The notes below the pieces were generated by a model. It searched no databases. It was not told where the DNA came from and worked only from the letters and a program-made list of their open reading frames with translations. From assembly GCF_009914755.1 (NCBI RefSeq), contig NC_060939.1: DNA of 64,000 nt; one strand, written 5' to 3'. Positions 27,920 through 43,135 of this stretch are shown one piece after another (the stretch's first letter is position 1; each line of letters opens with the position of its first letter). The position numbers were made by a program, and so were the translations under genes. The DNA is from the human T2T-CHM13v2.0 reference genome, Homo sapiens.

Positions 27920-28320
27920 TGCTATGGTTTGAATGTTTGTGTCTCCTTCACAATTCATGTTGAACTTCCAGCCCAGTGTGATGGTATTAAGATGGAACCT
28001 TTAGGAAGTAAAGAAGTCATGAGGGTGAAACCCCCAGAAACGGACTGGCAGCCTTATGAAATGGTTGGAGATAATTAATTAGATCCTTTTTTGCCTTTGT
28101 GTCCCTTCTGCCACGTGAGGACACAATATTCGTCCCCTCTGGGAGACACAGCAACAAGGTTCCATCTTGGAAGCAGAGAACAGCCCTCACTGGACATGGA
28201 ACCTTTCAGTCCCTTGATCTCAGACTTACAGCCTCCAGAACCGTAAGAAATAAATTTCTATTCTTCGTCAATTACCTGGTCTCAGGTATTTTGTTAAAGT
28301 AACACAAATGGACTAATACA
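27920..28320 (+). mobile_element. MaLR LTR (MSTC/D-like)
   Basis: tgctatggtttgaatgtttgtgtc...ccatcttggaagcagaga...aaatggactaataca; TSD ctacc/ctgcc. Confidence 0.85.
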
Positions 28321-30310
28321 CTGCCTAACACTTTGGTAAGAATTGTGCTGAGTCAGATGCTCAGGTTGAATGGGGGTGGAGAGAAATGAGGAAAACCCTC
28401 AAAACAAATTCCTCATCCATTGTCAGTTAGTCCCCAGCAGGGTCTTATTATTAAACAGCTTTCTGTGCTTGATTCACAGATGTCTTCAGATTTCACAGTC
28501 TAAAGAAGCAGCCCGCCCTCTTGGCCTCCCTTACCACCCCATCTCCGGGTGCCTGTCTCATTTCCATTACAGTGCTTATCACTACCAGAAACTATCCCTC
28601 CAATTTTTTGGCTTGTTTATTATCTGTCTTCATTCTCTAGAATATAAAAACCCAAAGAAAACAAGGATCCTATCTGTCTTGTTCACTGGAATAGTTTGCA
28701 TGAAATGTTACATAGTCATTGTCTACTCATTGACCATTGAACTTAAAAGATACGATATTCATGTATTAGAGTTGTTAGATGAAAGCTTCAGCTATGAATT
28801 CTGAAATTCAACAATCCCAGGGATTTATGTGCAATTGCTATCTACATTTTTCTCTCACAAATACTCCTTATTTTTCAAAAGCTACTCTTTGAGAAAGCCT
28901 GGTATCGCCTCCCCATGTGACACTGGCTGTTTGTCTGGCACACATATTTTGTGGTGTGTTATTAATATGCTTTTTCTTTTGTGCTCTGACTTTTTCACCA
29001 GTGGGTTCCCCTTAAGAGAGAGACTAAGCTTTATTCTCTACACATCCCCTGTACCCAGCAGTAGACATACTTTTCCACCCAATGGACAAACTTCAAGGCC
29101 CAAGTCTAACAAGGCTTTGAGCAACTGCTTGGTGTGAATTCTGTCATTTAGTCTTCTGTGTAATATAATTCCTCTGAGTTTCAAGAAAATATTTTTTAAA
29201 ATATTCCCTTAAACACAGTATTATATATATTTCTATTTTGCTGCTCTGCTTCCTCAACTATCCATCTCTCAGATATTTTGAACTTCCACCATTGGAAGTT
29301 TGCCATTCTGGCCATCCTGGGCTGTGAAACAGCACGTGAGAAAGTGCTGGACTCGAATTCTCACACTCACAAGCATGGAGCTCCATTCAGCTCCACTGGG
29401 CTCCTGGCCTCCAGCACTAAAAAACAGCATATGCTAATTTCCAGGAGTATGCTTTTCTTTCCTGTCTCTTTTGCACTATGCCATCACACCAAGACTCTCA
29501 ACTTTGCAAGTACCATGAATTATGGCCTCAGGGTTCAGTCGCTGCCAAGAAGAATAGGCACAACCACACACACACGGAAATCACTTCAGGGAGTCAGATA
29601 TGTGTGGTTGACATCAGTGTTTGTCGGCTGCTGGCAGCTTCACAGGAGCTGTCTGAACCCAAAATAGAAGCAACTGTAGTAATGGTGGTGGTAGCAATAA
29701 CAATATCAACAATCATAACAAAATGACAAAGTTAAAGTAGCTACGCTCAGATGTAGACTCTGATGCTGCATGTATCTTTTCTCTGTGCACTCCCAACTCA
29801 AGGTCTTTGATTTCCTGAGAGTATTCTATTCTGTTAGACTCTTAGGGCAGCAGATGGGTGTCACATTGTGTTTTGGGTCCCGGTGGGGGAGAATGTGACT
29901 TCAGAACCGCTAACAGCAAGTGTGCCAACAATTAGCCAATACTGAGGCCTAGCTCTTCGCACACAGAAAACAGTCAACACAAATTATTGACAGGCGATGT
30001 ATGAAGTCTAAAGATATTGCAGATGTTAATGGGTAGAATGTTCAAATATGATATGTTGATATGATGTGATTCCCCTTTAAATGTACTGGGAGAAGAAGAA
30101 TCTAGTAAATGAATAGAGGAAGCGATCTGCCTCCTGGGAGTTATTGAAGATGTGGTAATAGGAATTGACTTTTGCTTCCCAATTCTGCCCTCCACCAAAA
30201 TTGCAATGTCTGATTCTGAAACCTATAACAGACTAAAGTAAAGGCAGAGGGTGATCCACAGAACATTCCACTTAAATAGGCATTAATGAGGCAGTGACCG
30301 TGTTAGGACC

Positions 30311-30592
30311 TAAAATATGTCACTGAGTTCACACACAGAGAAGAACACACTATGGCACTTTCCCTCTAGAAGTTCATAATTTAGATCAGAGGTTGAAGAC
30401 TTGTGCTGTTACAGAGCCAGGCAGCTATTATAAATGGGTGAAGCCACCTGATGTATAATAGGGACTGCTGGATACTGTGGCAAAGCAGAGAGCTCTTGTC
30501 TAAGAGAAGCCATCTGGATTCAGCTCTGGCTGGGTATTGCATGTGGTCATGTGGGCCCAGTGTTGACAGAGCTTCCAATTTTGCAAGAGAAG
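30311..30592 (-). repeat. Inverted copy of 33170-33460 (MER102-like plus adjacent L2-like flank)
   Basis: 39/40 identity between 30553-30592 (reverse complement) and 33170-33209; shared gtccctattatacatcag and flank tatgaacttc.agaggg.aagt. Confidence 0.8.
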
Positions 30593-31347
30593 CTGCAGTC
30601 TCATGTGTGTACCCACTGAGCATTAGGAACACAGGAGGATCATAGATATAAGCTTTCAATTCCTCGTGTAAGCCTATGGTACCATTGAAATATTCATCTA
30701 TATTCAATGAGTGCTCTTTCAAAATGAGTCTTCTTGGATACACTCAGGGAGAAGCAACTGATATTCTTTGAGGCAGGCATTCAAATTCAGGGCAGAAAGT
30801 TGTTCTTTATACTGAGCCACTCTTGATATTCTTAGGAAGTCACAGTGCTGGGCCAGGTTCTATTCACTGTAGCAGTTGAAGAACTCATCCTGTCTTCTTT
30901 GATGACATGAGACACTCATGTGCCCCACCAAATATCTTCTCCAATCTAAATGAAATCAGCTCCTTTAATTATTACATTTGTGACATGGGTTCAGGTCCTC
31001 TAATCAAGCTGATCATATTTTTCTGGATATATTTCAGAATTTTATTGTCCATCTCTAAATACGGTGCCAGAAGTAAGCCCAGCTTGAACCCGGAACAGAA
31101 GGGAAATTTAATCTATCTGCCCTTTTGACAGATAGTTGCATCCCACTCTTGATCCCTAAAGAGCCTGCGATCCATTGAGACCCTGTTTCTCCCAGTCTCT
31201 TCTTGCATAGGGCTTAATAAAAGACTGAAATTACCCCCTTGAATGTGTTTCTCTTTGTTGTATTAATAAACCACTGTCGCAATTCTGCTGTTGTTAATGT
31301 GCTTGCAAAGTTTTGGTTTGGCCAAATGAATCACAAAAAAATATTAT

Positions 31348-31531
31348 CCCTGGTGAAGAGGAGAAGACAGGCAGTGAGCAGGGCTGTCAGCCTTGCTGAA
31401 AGCGGTGCCTGGCCCCAGGGGAGGATTTGTAGGTGGAAAAACCAAAGTGTGATTAGGGAAAGGTGGGGGTGCCTCTGTGTTCTCTCTTGATTCAAGTGTT
31501 CTGTATGTTTATTTAGTTTGCCTTCTGGCTG
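31348..31531 (+). repeat. Direct duplicate of 34312-34493 (non-TE)
   Basis: Near-identical gctgtcagccttgctgaaa...caggggaggatttgtaggtggaaaaacca...ctcttgattcaagtgttctg.atgtttatttagtttgccttctggctg. Confidence 0.95.
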
Positions 31532-32079
31532 TGTGAATTTTTGATGAGAATGTGCGCTAAGAATCTTGAAAGAAAATACATTTTCTAATAATATCATTCA
31601 CATAATAATTGTGACAACCACTTATTTAACTCTCCTTATGAGTTAGACATTGTATGCAGTGTTCTGTCTATATAATCTCATTATACGTAAAATGCTATGT
31701 GTTTGGTACAATTATTCCCATTGTAAATGATAGAATACTGAGGCTAACAATAAATGAGTCTCAAGATTAAGTGACTTCCGTGAAGTCAGATCACTAGTAA
31801 AATGTACATATAGAAATTTAAACCCAGTATTGCTTGATTCAAGAACCTTTGGGATCTTAAATATTACACTATACAACCTAGATATGAACTGCAATGAGTT
31901 GTTACAAATTAAGATACCAGTTACGTTTAAGTATGGGACAATGTCTAGATAGAGAGCCAGACATAGTATTTGCTTTTAAGGACAAAGGGGCCTGTTTGGT
32001 CCAGTAGCAAGAATAGACACAGCTGTGTCAGATAAACCTGGGTTCAGTGCTTACTGGATCTGGAGTCTTGGCCAAGGGA

Positions 32080-32562
32080 TATGCTAGATGATTTGCCTTT
32101 GTCCCTCTAGATCTACTCTCTGCCTTTCTATTCCTTGTTCTATGCCCAGGATGCTGAGTGGTAATTGACTGTGTCAGAAGGTTCCCTTCCCCTCAGGCTT
32201 CCAGTTGGTTGGGCCAATGGGTCGATGTACATCAGAGGTGGGAAGGAGAGTGATGTCAATATATTTTTTCCCTGGCTCTCTTTCTGCACAGTCACTGAGC
32301 ATGACTCCCAAAAGCCACCACTGCTGTCCAACACCCCTCTCAATGCAGCTACTCCCAGTGGGTTGTGTAACCACTCTCTCCTGTGTCTTCAAGTATAGAG
32401 GTGGAAATAGCTGTCTGCTGTTGCTTGCACCAAGGTACTGTATCATGCTTTGTTGAGTTCTCCAACTTTGCCGCCTCCTTTGTAGTGAATCCTTTTATTA
32501 CATTTTTCTTAGTTTGCAAGTTTGAATGTCCCTTCTGTTTCTCGCCTTGAATTTGAGCGATA
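32080..32562 (+). mobile_element. ERVL LTR33-like
   Basis: agatctactctctgcc...cccttcccctcaggcttccagttggttgggccaatggg...tttgaatgtcccttctgtttc. Confidence 0.7.
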
Positions 32563-32749
32563 GATATCACATAGGTTTGCATAACGTCAAAATAATAATG
32601 CCCTCACTGTGTATAGTATGAGGTTAAATAAGATAATGAATGAATCTGGCATGTTGCAACACTTAATGAATGGTAAATAGGATGATAATCATGGTGACTC
32701 CCCCTGGTTAAAACTCCTCTAGGATAGAAAGTCAACTCATTCTGGAATG

Positions 32750-33390
<641 letters not shown>

Positions 33391-34089
33391 ATGAACTTCC
33401 AGAGGGCAAGTAGCATAATGTATTCTTCTCTGTGCAAGACTAACACAGTAATATATTTTAGTTGAATAAACAACTTCACTTTCACTCCTTGGTCCCCAGA
33501 CATTCCTACTGCTGCCACTTCCCACTCCTACTCTAACCATCTGCTGCTCTAACAACCGCAGAGTCCATTTGTCTGGGTGAGTGAGGGTGGAGAGAGAGAA
33601 CAGACGGTCTTTGCAGAGGGAAGGAGACTGGGTCAGCAGTAAAGTGAGGCTGAGCATATAGTCTACAGGTGAAAGTGACGGGACATGGGAATACCGTCCC
33701 GGCACTGGAGAAATCATTTGTTTGTTTGTTTTTTGTTTTCTGTGATGTCTCCCTAATTGGATTAATAAGATGTGCCCTGATTCCCTATTCCTGTTGCTAA
33801 ATATTCAGATCTGAATGCTCTCCAGGCTTTGAGTAGTTAAGGCTCTTAAAGCTGTGAGCACAGTCCTTTGGCTCTGCTGCCTAGAGTCTGTTACCTTCCC
33901 CTCTCCCGAGTCAGACAGCACCAGCCTCAGTTTGAGCCTCTGACGGCCCTGGCAGCATCCAAAGGCCTAGTTCCTGACCTGGTGGCTAAGGAGAGGTAAT
34001 GACCCAACAGCTGCAGACTATGCTCACCCTTCTGCTGTGCTTTAAAAGAAATACAAACAACAACAAAAAAATTCAGGCCTGGCATTCTA

Positions 34090-34500
34090 TTACCCGCCTT
34101 TTAATAAAGGTCTGGAAATGTCAGCCTCAGTGATGATGCCAGCAGGTGCCTAGACTTCAAAGTGGGCACCTGTCACCAGAGAGATAATTGACTTTATTCA
34201 ACCAGTTGTCTCCCCGTTGTAATCAAGCCATTTCATTCAAATGGATTTTTCAAGCTGTTCTTTTGAGTAGGTGGGGGAGGCAGCGGTGCTGGTGGGTCTG
34301 GATCACAATTGCCCTGGAGAGGGTGAGAAGCAGAAGCAGCAGGCAGAGCTGTCAGCCTTGCTGAAAACGGTGGCTGGCCCAGGGGAGGATTTGTAGGTGG
34401 AAAAACCAGTGGGTGATTAGGAAAGGTGGGGGGTGCCTCTGTGGGCTCTTGATTCAAGTGTTCTGCATGTTTATTTAGTTTGCCTTCTGGCTGCAGATAG
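34090..34500. promoter_or_regulatory. Candidate developmental enhancer (repeat-free, motif-dense)
   Basis: TTTTAATAAA (HOX/CDX-like), inverted CAGGTG/CACCTG pair 34143-34172, GATAATTG, TCAAGTG (NKX2), TGTTTATTTA (FOX); function inferred only. Confidence 0.35.
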
Positions 34501-37500
34501 AAGGGCAGACACTCCCCAGTCTCCACATGGTTTTCAGCGGCAGGTGCCCTGTGGGGACAGGGGGCAGGGTAGACTTCTGTGCCCAAAGCATCTCTCTTCC
34601 ACCTCTGGAAATCATAGTTCAATGTAAACTTCAAACAAGTGAACAGGGAGTGTGGTCCAGGATGGTTCAAGGGTCTCTGCTCTCCGAAAAGGGGTGAAAT
34701 CCTTTTAGTCATAGTGTCTCTCCGGATTTGATAGATCTGATCATCTGTGGTGCAGAAGGCTGAGGACTTGAACCAAAGAGCCAATGAAGGAATTCAGTGG
34801 CCCTCAAATTCCTTCCAGTGTAGGTAGAACAAGCACTGGATTCTGATGGGCTCTGGGAGGGTGGGCATGTTGGGTTTCAGCTGTGTTTACTTACTGTGCT
34901 AAGGACACAGGAGCTGCCAAAAGGCTGATGTTAGATTTTACAGCATAAAGTCGAGTTGAGGGTTGTTTATGTGAGACTAAGTCCTGTTCACAAATGAGAA
35001 ATCTTTTCTTATGTGGACGTACCTGTGTACAGTTCAGCTCAGCCACTTATTTACTGTTTGACTTTGAGCAGGTTACCTAGGCTCTCAGCCTCAGTTTTCT
35101 CAATGAAAAAAATGGGACAATAACGTTGTAAAATGAAGTGAAATAAAATGAAACCACATGGCTCCATGATTCAAATGCCTGATGCCTTTTGAGGTACTAA
35201 TGGAATGAAGCTCTCTTCTCCCTAAAGGAATAGGGTGGGACAGACCCCCAATCCTAACTGTTCTGCTGGTTCCCACTCTGGTTTTGGGTCTTGCATGCAC
35301 TAAGACACAAGGCCCTGAGCACCGTGAAGATCAGCACTCACCCCTTGAGTATCTCCATGCCCTCTGCCCGAGGGGACGTGACGTTAAATAGCAAGTTTTC
35401 CGTGATGTCACCAACATCAGGAATCTCTCCCAAGTCTAATCCAACAGTCTTTTTCGGTACCTCTCTTCTGGAACTTACCACTTTCTGCCATCTATAATTG
35501 TCATTTATATACTAAATGTCTTATTCCCACAGTGTTTGATTCCCCTGAGAAGACCATCCTTGGTGTGAAACACCAGTATAATGTTTTATACAGTGCAATA
35601 AATAATATATATGCATACACATATATGTTTATGTATAATTGTATGTATATGTGTATGTTTGCATGGCTGAATTTAAAAATCCACAGTCTATCATTTATTA
35701 ACATTATTAAGTCCCTATGAATTAAATATGAGTATCAACAAGTAAATATATTGCTAAGTCTGGGCCTTTTATAGTATTTAAATATGCTTGGGGAGCCAAC
35801 TAAGTCATCAATTACCATCAGGAATGAATGACTGACTTTTAGTGAAGAAAAATGTTAATAAAATAACCACTGGTGCTGACCAAGCCATAGAGAAGAGGAC
35901 CTCGATTACTAGTTGAGTTACTAGTCCTTGTTGGGTGAAATGCAAGGAGTGAAAGGAGAATCTTTTATGCAAGAGAAGAAAATGGCATCAAAAGAAGCTG
36001 GTATTAGGACTTAAGTTAGTAACCTTGTACAGGTGTCCGACTGTGGGAAGAAGAAAAGACAGAGCAAAGTCGGGACATGTTGGGATGATTTCCATCCACT
36101 TAACCACCAAAGTGAGGGTGGCCAGGAAAAGAAACAGAACGGGGCCAACCCCAGTCAAAGATCTCAACCCATTACATTAAAGGGCACACTGGAGTCAAAG
36201 TCTCTACCACAGGGGCTCTGCACCGGCCCCTCCTGACTGCTACAACCATGGATCCTCACCCTATGGAAATGATGTAACCCTATGGAATGGCATGTGAAGA
36301 CAGTCACATGCAAATGACACAAGCAGCTAAGGGAGCTGCACCCCATGTGGTCTAGTTAATGACATCATGTGGGAATGTCTGAGAGGAGTTTGAGAAACAT
36401 TTGAACAGCAGCAAAGATTGATGTCACGAAGGGGATGAAAGTGGCATGGTAGGCGGAATGCTGATGTTCACTATGAAATGGCTGTTTTTGTTGGTAAAAA
36501 GAAAAATGGTGAAACATTGACAATTTTACAGGGCTTAGCCTAAAATGTATAAAGGTGAACTTGAGCCTCAACTCCAAAGAGTTTCTAGGGGCTGAATTCC
36601 AGGTCATATGAATTGTCAAATAGCAAGTGCTGTAGAAGTTTTAGCCATTTCTTAATTTTATTATTAAAGTCTTGTTTTTGTCACTGACTCTGGTGAGGGT
36701 ATTGGAAATAATTATAAATTTGATTTAAGAGACCCCAGAAACCAGAGGCCTTGGAAGTGGCAGATACTCACCAGGGTTGTCTTGTGGTCTGTGCAGTCAC
36801 ATAGGGCTCCACTCTCAAGAAGGCCCCTGTTGGGGAATTAATGGACTGTGGGTGCCATCTTGAAATCCTTAACAATTTTATCATCGGATTTGTTTGTGTT
36901 TTGTAAGTGCAGTCCAATGGGACAAAGGAGCACGCCCCAGAGGCATGGTGGCCAAGTTCAGGAGCAGTCCTACCTCCAGCCTCCTCCCTGAAATGAGCCA
37001 TTCTCTTCCCGTGGACTGCATCTGCCCTGAGGACAGGCTCAGGAAGGGATGGGCTCTGGTAGGTGTGCTGTGAGACCTAGGGTGAGGCCCGAGGCACCTC
37101 GGGTGGTGAACGCTCACCCCTCAAGTTTCTCTGTTTTCAAGGAGGTACAAAATTAAATAGCAAATAAAAAGTAGTATGAGAGGTTGAGAGAAAGATGAAA
37201 GAAAAAAGGAAACAAGCTTTACCCCTGCTTTTTGGACAAGAGACCTCACATTTTAATTTCGCACTGGGCCCTGCAAATTATGGAGACAGCTCTGGGGCTC
37301 AGCCTTTGGGTATCATGTCCAAAGGCTGAGAGCAATTCCTCACCAACTCCAGATGGTGAGCTCATGGACAGGGAAAAGTGGAGAATGGAAGTCATAATCT
37401 GCCCTCAGTTTTTGCCTTTCATGTTTATTATATTTCAAGTAGCAAATAATTACTTATCTTTTTTTAGGGACCGGCCAGTGCTCCATAGACATAGGAAAAC

Positions 37501-38204
37501 CTGGAAACCACTTGGTGAATTAAGACTGAACATTTAGACTTGCGATTATGCCCTTGTAATCCTCTAGTCTTGCCTTGGTTTATGAATCTGCTAACTCAAG
37601 TAGTGGGAGAGGCTTCTAGAGGTAGATTTTCTGGTGTTGTGTTTTACGTTGAATATCAACCATTATAACACAATATTGTGCTGTGTATTAGATTATGACC
37701 TTCTTTTAACTTGCTTATCTTCCCCGCAAGCCTTCCGTGTGACAGGGAAGAATAATTGATGCTGTCTGTATTGCAGATACACACACACACACACAAACAC
37801 ATGCACACACATTACGGCACATACAGCATATATTATTTTGTTTATACTTTAATATGGGTAAGTAACAGTTGAAGTGCCCTAATCAGGAATATGCCCTGAA
37901 GGGGGAGTTAGTATTTTACTGAATTTAATGAGAAGCCAACGTTTTAGCGGAAGCTACTGCAAGCCTGCAACTATCTTTAGAACATTTCTGATTAGCATGA
38001 AAGACATAAAAGATAGTTTTTTATTGATAAAATGAGTGGTTTTGTAGACTGACTAGAAATAATTATGCAGAAACAACCTGCCTTCCATAATGGGCCACAA
38101 GAATCTAAGGTGCCCATCAGCCTGTAGCTGTTAGAGTGGTGCCTTAGGCCAAAGGACTCCATTATATTCTGTATCCAGTTCCACTTAGGAAAGAATCTCT
38201 CATT

Positions 38205-38442
38205 CTTTTTAGATCACAGTAATAAGTATATTTTACATCATGACCCAGTACACACACATACACACACATTCACACTGAAAGGAAAATTTTCCAGAGAATG
38301 TGCTTCTTACCTCACTTTATGTAATGCTATAGTCTATTCAGTTCTACTCTGTTTCGTTGTTATTTTTATTGCTGGTTGCAACCCACTAAATTCATTTGAG
38401 AACACACTAGAGAGATGCAAACTGCAGTTTGAAAAGCCCTGA
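38205..38442 (-). mobile_element. hAT-Charlie MITE
   Basis: cacagtaataagtatattttacatcatgacccagtacacac...gctggttgcaacccactaaatt...gcagtttgaaaagccctg. Confidence 0.6.
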
Positions 38443-38572
38443 GTGGGAGGGCTAGCTTAATCTTGCTGCCTGAATATTGTTGTATGTTCTGTGAGTGAGT
38501 TCTTGCAAGGTGCTGGTTGAAGCGCCTGACATGGCCAAAAATGGACGATTTATTGAGTTACAGGATTAATGG

Positions 38573-38942
38573 TGTATTAGTCTGTTTTCACACTGCTATT
38601 AAGAACTACCTAAGACTGGGTAATTTACAAATAAAAGAGCTTTAATTGACTCAGAGTTCTGCAGGCTTAACAGGAAGCATGACTGGGAGGCCTCAGGACA
38701 CTTACAATCATGGTAGAAGGTGAAGGGGAAGAAAGCACCACTTACCATGGCAGAACAGGAGAGAGAGAAAGCAAAGGGACAAGTTTCACACATGTTTAAA
38801 CCATCAGATCTTGTGAGAATTGACTCGCTGTCATGAGAACAGCAAGGGGGAAATCCGCCCCGATGATCCACTCATCTCCCACCAGGCCCCTCCTCCAATT
38901 CCACATGAGATTTAGGCAGGGCCATGAATCCAAACCATATCA
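38573..38942 (-). mobile_element. MaLR LTR (THE1D/MSTA-like)
   Basis: tgtattagtctgttttcacactgct...ggaggcctcagg...ccaaaccatatca; TSD aatgg/agtgg. Confidence 0.9.
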
Positions 38943-39157
38943 AGTGGGACACATACTCTTGTGCTAGGGCGGTAATGAATGTTCATGCATGTGCCAGAAT
39001 TTGGTTTGTTTGGGACTTGCTTCCATTGTAACTACTACCAGGTAGTAAAGAGTTGGGAGAGAAAACCTAAAGCCCTTACCTGAGCCCAACTACTGGATGT
39101 TACCAATAACTGCAAAAATAATGTAATAATTATGACTAACCACACTGGTTTAAGTGA

Positions 39158-39496
<339 letters not shown>

Positions 39497-39531
39497 AGCA
39501 GTGCATTTTTCAAATGAAATACCATTAGGCA

Positions 39532-39993
39532 TTTTAGTGGGTTGAATGATCACAACCGAAAAAAATAGGTAATTTTTTTTAATGTGATCTTATTTCATGA
39601 ATGTGATCTTATTTGGTAAAAGGAACTTTGCAGATATAATTAAGGATCATGAGATGAGATCACCTGAATTTCTGGCTGTAGGCAGGGGAGCCTAAATCTA
39701 ATCCTGTGTCCTTATAAGAGAAAGACAGAGGAAAATTTGAGAAGGGGGAGAAAGGAGTGAAGATGGAGGCAGAGACTGGAGTTACACAGCCACAAGCCGA
39801 AGAACACCCAAAGGCCCCAGAAGTTGGGAGAGGCAAAGAATGGATTCTCCCCTGAAGACTTCAGAAGGAACATGGCCCTACTGACACCTTGATTTCAGAC
39901 TTCTGGCCTCCAGAACTGTGAGAGTAAAGGCCTATGGTTTTAAGCCACCAAGTTTGTGGTCACTTGTTATAGCAGTCCTAGAAAACTAATATA
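39532..39993 (+). mobile_element. MaLR LTR (MLT1B/C-like)
   Basis: tttgcagatataattaagg...gatggaggcagagactggag...gacttctggcctccagaactgtgag...gaaaactaatata. Confidence 0.85.
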
Positions 39994-41603
39994 GGCGTTA
40001 AGTGAACAAAGACCACAGAACTCTCTTTGATAACCCTGCCAGTCACGCGGTCCCAACCAGTATGATCTCATCCCAAACAAAGGACCAAAGATCTATTATG
40101 TATTTTGTTTTGCCAGCTTATTCAGAGTTGGCTTTCAGGAAAGAACTACATCTTGTTTGATTGAAAATATTTTGAAACATCATTCACCATCTCTGATGGT
40201 ATTTATGGCTCAACATTCTTTATAGCAACAAGATGAATACTAAATTAGAAGCTTATTTCAGAATTGTGGTGGGCCTGCCTTCCACACACTGACAGGGAGA
40301 ACTAACTTCTTCAAGGAAGAATAAACAGAGGGAGATAGCCAAGGGATCCATTCTAAGAGATTTTATTTCCTTAAGCAAAGGTGGCCCTGGCTTGGACATC
40401 GCAGGAAGATTGAAGTGCCATCCTTGTGCCAATAAGAAAAAAGAGGCAGCCCACATACGTCGGGGTTTTGGGTTTGAGGTATGGTCCTATGATAAGACAG
40501 GTAATATCCTCTTATAAATAGCATAAAAGGGAAAAAAAGGAGAAAAGGAGAAAACCACAACATGGAAACTTCACATTTACTTTAGGAAGTCAGAGTAAAT
40601 CCAAAGATCAGAGAACCTGGCATAGATCTTGTTAACATTTTGAAATCAGTTTGTCTCCAGTAATAGTCCTAAAGTGTAAGTATTTTTAAAAAAATTCTTC
40701 TGAGGCAATTGCTTCCCTCCCACAAACCACTTAGCAGTACAAGCTTCTTGGTTTTAACTTCAAACATAATGTGACAAAAATGTATATTTCAAGGACAAAT
40801 TATGATGGAAAAATAGATCATTGTATTTATCTTCTACAGGTATGATGAGAGGATTATTTGATCATTTCTACTGAATCATTAAATCAGAAAGATTGCAAAA
40901 CATTCTGTGAATTATACATGCAAATTGCCTTTAATAACACCAACATTCAGTTGCCTCTGGAATCTAATAAAGAAAATGTTTTTGGTCCACCCAGCAGCAT
41001 TTATGTAACAGGGCCAACATGAGACATAACAGTGACATTTGAAACGAGCTTCAAATGACATGAAAGCCATTATAATATGACAGTATTATGATGATCTTAT
41101 TAATTGCCGTGGACATCGTTAGGTACTTTGTTTATTAGACAATTCCAATTGTCTAATATTTAACATTTTAACCTTTCCAATTCTTCCCCTAAATTTTTAA
41201 AAACTATTTTAACATGCTAATTTATTTTTTGGGTTTAAGATGGATCTGAGCTAACATTATCTCATTTTAGGAAGCCAGGTAGAAAAATCAACTTTCCCCA
41301 TCACAAGGATTTATACAATTCCTGGGGATGGACTCAGGCTGGACTGGCTTGGATCACATGACCATATCAGGATCAATCACTGAGGCAGCTGGCGGGGTGG
41401 ATCCTCTCTCTAACTGGGAGCCCTTCTCTGGTCCTCATGTTTCAAAGGAAAAGACCCATCTCCAAAGAAAAAGGTGGCCATGCTATTAGCAGAAAGGACT
41501 AAGGGAAGGAGCTATTCAGAAAAACACAGGTGCGTGCACACACACTCAGACATATACACAGATAGACAGACTGAAAAGATACTGGAAGAAAGTATAGTGA
41601 TGT

Positions 41604-41890
<287 letters not shown>

Positions 41891-43027
41891 TTAGCCACAG
41901 TTCTGGATTATGGAATTACTGGGGATATATAATCACATGTTGTTTACTGTACTTGTCCCAGTATTAAGCACTTTGCCTTTTTATACACAGAAGTGATAAG
42001 ACTTCACTAACACTAGTTTGTTATTGTAAATAAAAGGGGGATTGAAAGCTTTGGCAGAGGTAGAAGAGTTCCAGGCAGTAAGAGAATCGTGGGTGCTCTG
42101 TGATCCTCAGAGAAGACTTCTGGCAGGTCAGAAACAGATTGCTTTAATGGGGTAAATGAATGGTCACTCAGCGATGGGGAATAGCAGCTCCTGGAAAGGG
42201 CTACAAGGTGCTGCCAAACCGCTGCCCCTTCTTGTTTCACCTCCAGTTTATTCTAAGCAGGGGCACGTGTTTTTCTCTTTTGGTCTTGCTATTCTCGGTC
42301 TTGGATTACACATCTCTTCTGACTCATTCATCCATTCAAGCTCGGTTGAGAAAGGTTTTAAACCTCTTCCTCTGACAAAGAATCCTTTATTTAAATATGC
42401 CTCCTACCCACGAGAAACAAAGCAGGATTCAGTTACCAAGTATTCCAAAAGCCATTGTTTTCTAAGCGTTTGTCATGTGCGCACATTATTTTATTTCATT
42501 TAATAAATTCTGGGTTGCCATTCCAAATTTCAGATGAGGAAATGAAGACATGGAAAAGTTGTGTAACTTGTGGAAAATCATACGGCTTGAAATGACCTAA
42601 CTGGGATTTGAACGGAAGTTGGTTCCAAGCCCATGACCTCGAAAAGGGAGGGCCTAATACTGCCACATCATAACTATGTTGTTTTCAGCAAGTCATCTCC
42701 ACCTGAGTCATAATTTTCTCGACTGTAAAGTCAGAATATTTATACATCCCACCAGCCTGTTGCACTGGCTCTTGGCAAGTTCTATAAGATGACACACAGA
42801 AAGGAACTCTGTTCATAATGGATCATGCCTGCACACGTGTGATATTTTGTCCACAGACTGAGCCTCTAGGAGACTGCCTACAGAGTTTGGAGGCACATCC
42901 AGTAAAGCTGGAATGCTAGGAAATTCAGGGGGTTGCACAATAGGAGGAAGGGGTAAAATGATGATACTAATAGACTGAGTCTGCAGGTGTGGGTTGGTAA
43001 GATGCTAGGCAGAGTCTGGGCAAGGTC

Positions 43028-43135
43028 AGGTGACCAACTGTCCTGACCTGGCCCAGGACTTGGGGATTTCTAGGGAAGTAGGAATTTCTGTGCTAAAACT
43101 GGGAAAGTCCTGAGCAAGCCAAGATGAATTCACTT
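43028..43135 (+). mobile_element. hAT-Blackjack MITE, MER94-like
   Basis: ggtgaccaactgtcctg...gtgctaaaactgggaaagtcctgagcaa. Confidence 0.65.

Noticed and set aside
30381-30743. 120 aa ORF
   Set aside because: Runs through a MER102-like MITE; chance ORF.
34233-34784. 183 aa minus-strand ORF with Pro-rich end, partly echoed by ORF 31331-31597
   Set aside because: No recognisable domain or ATG start; the echo is explained by the DNA duplication, and indels between copies break the frame.
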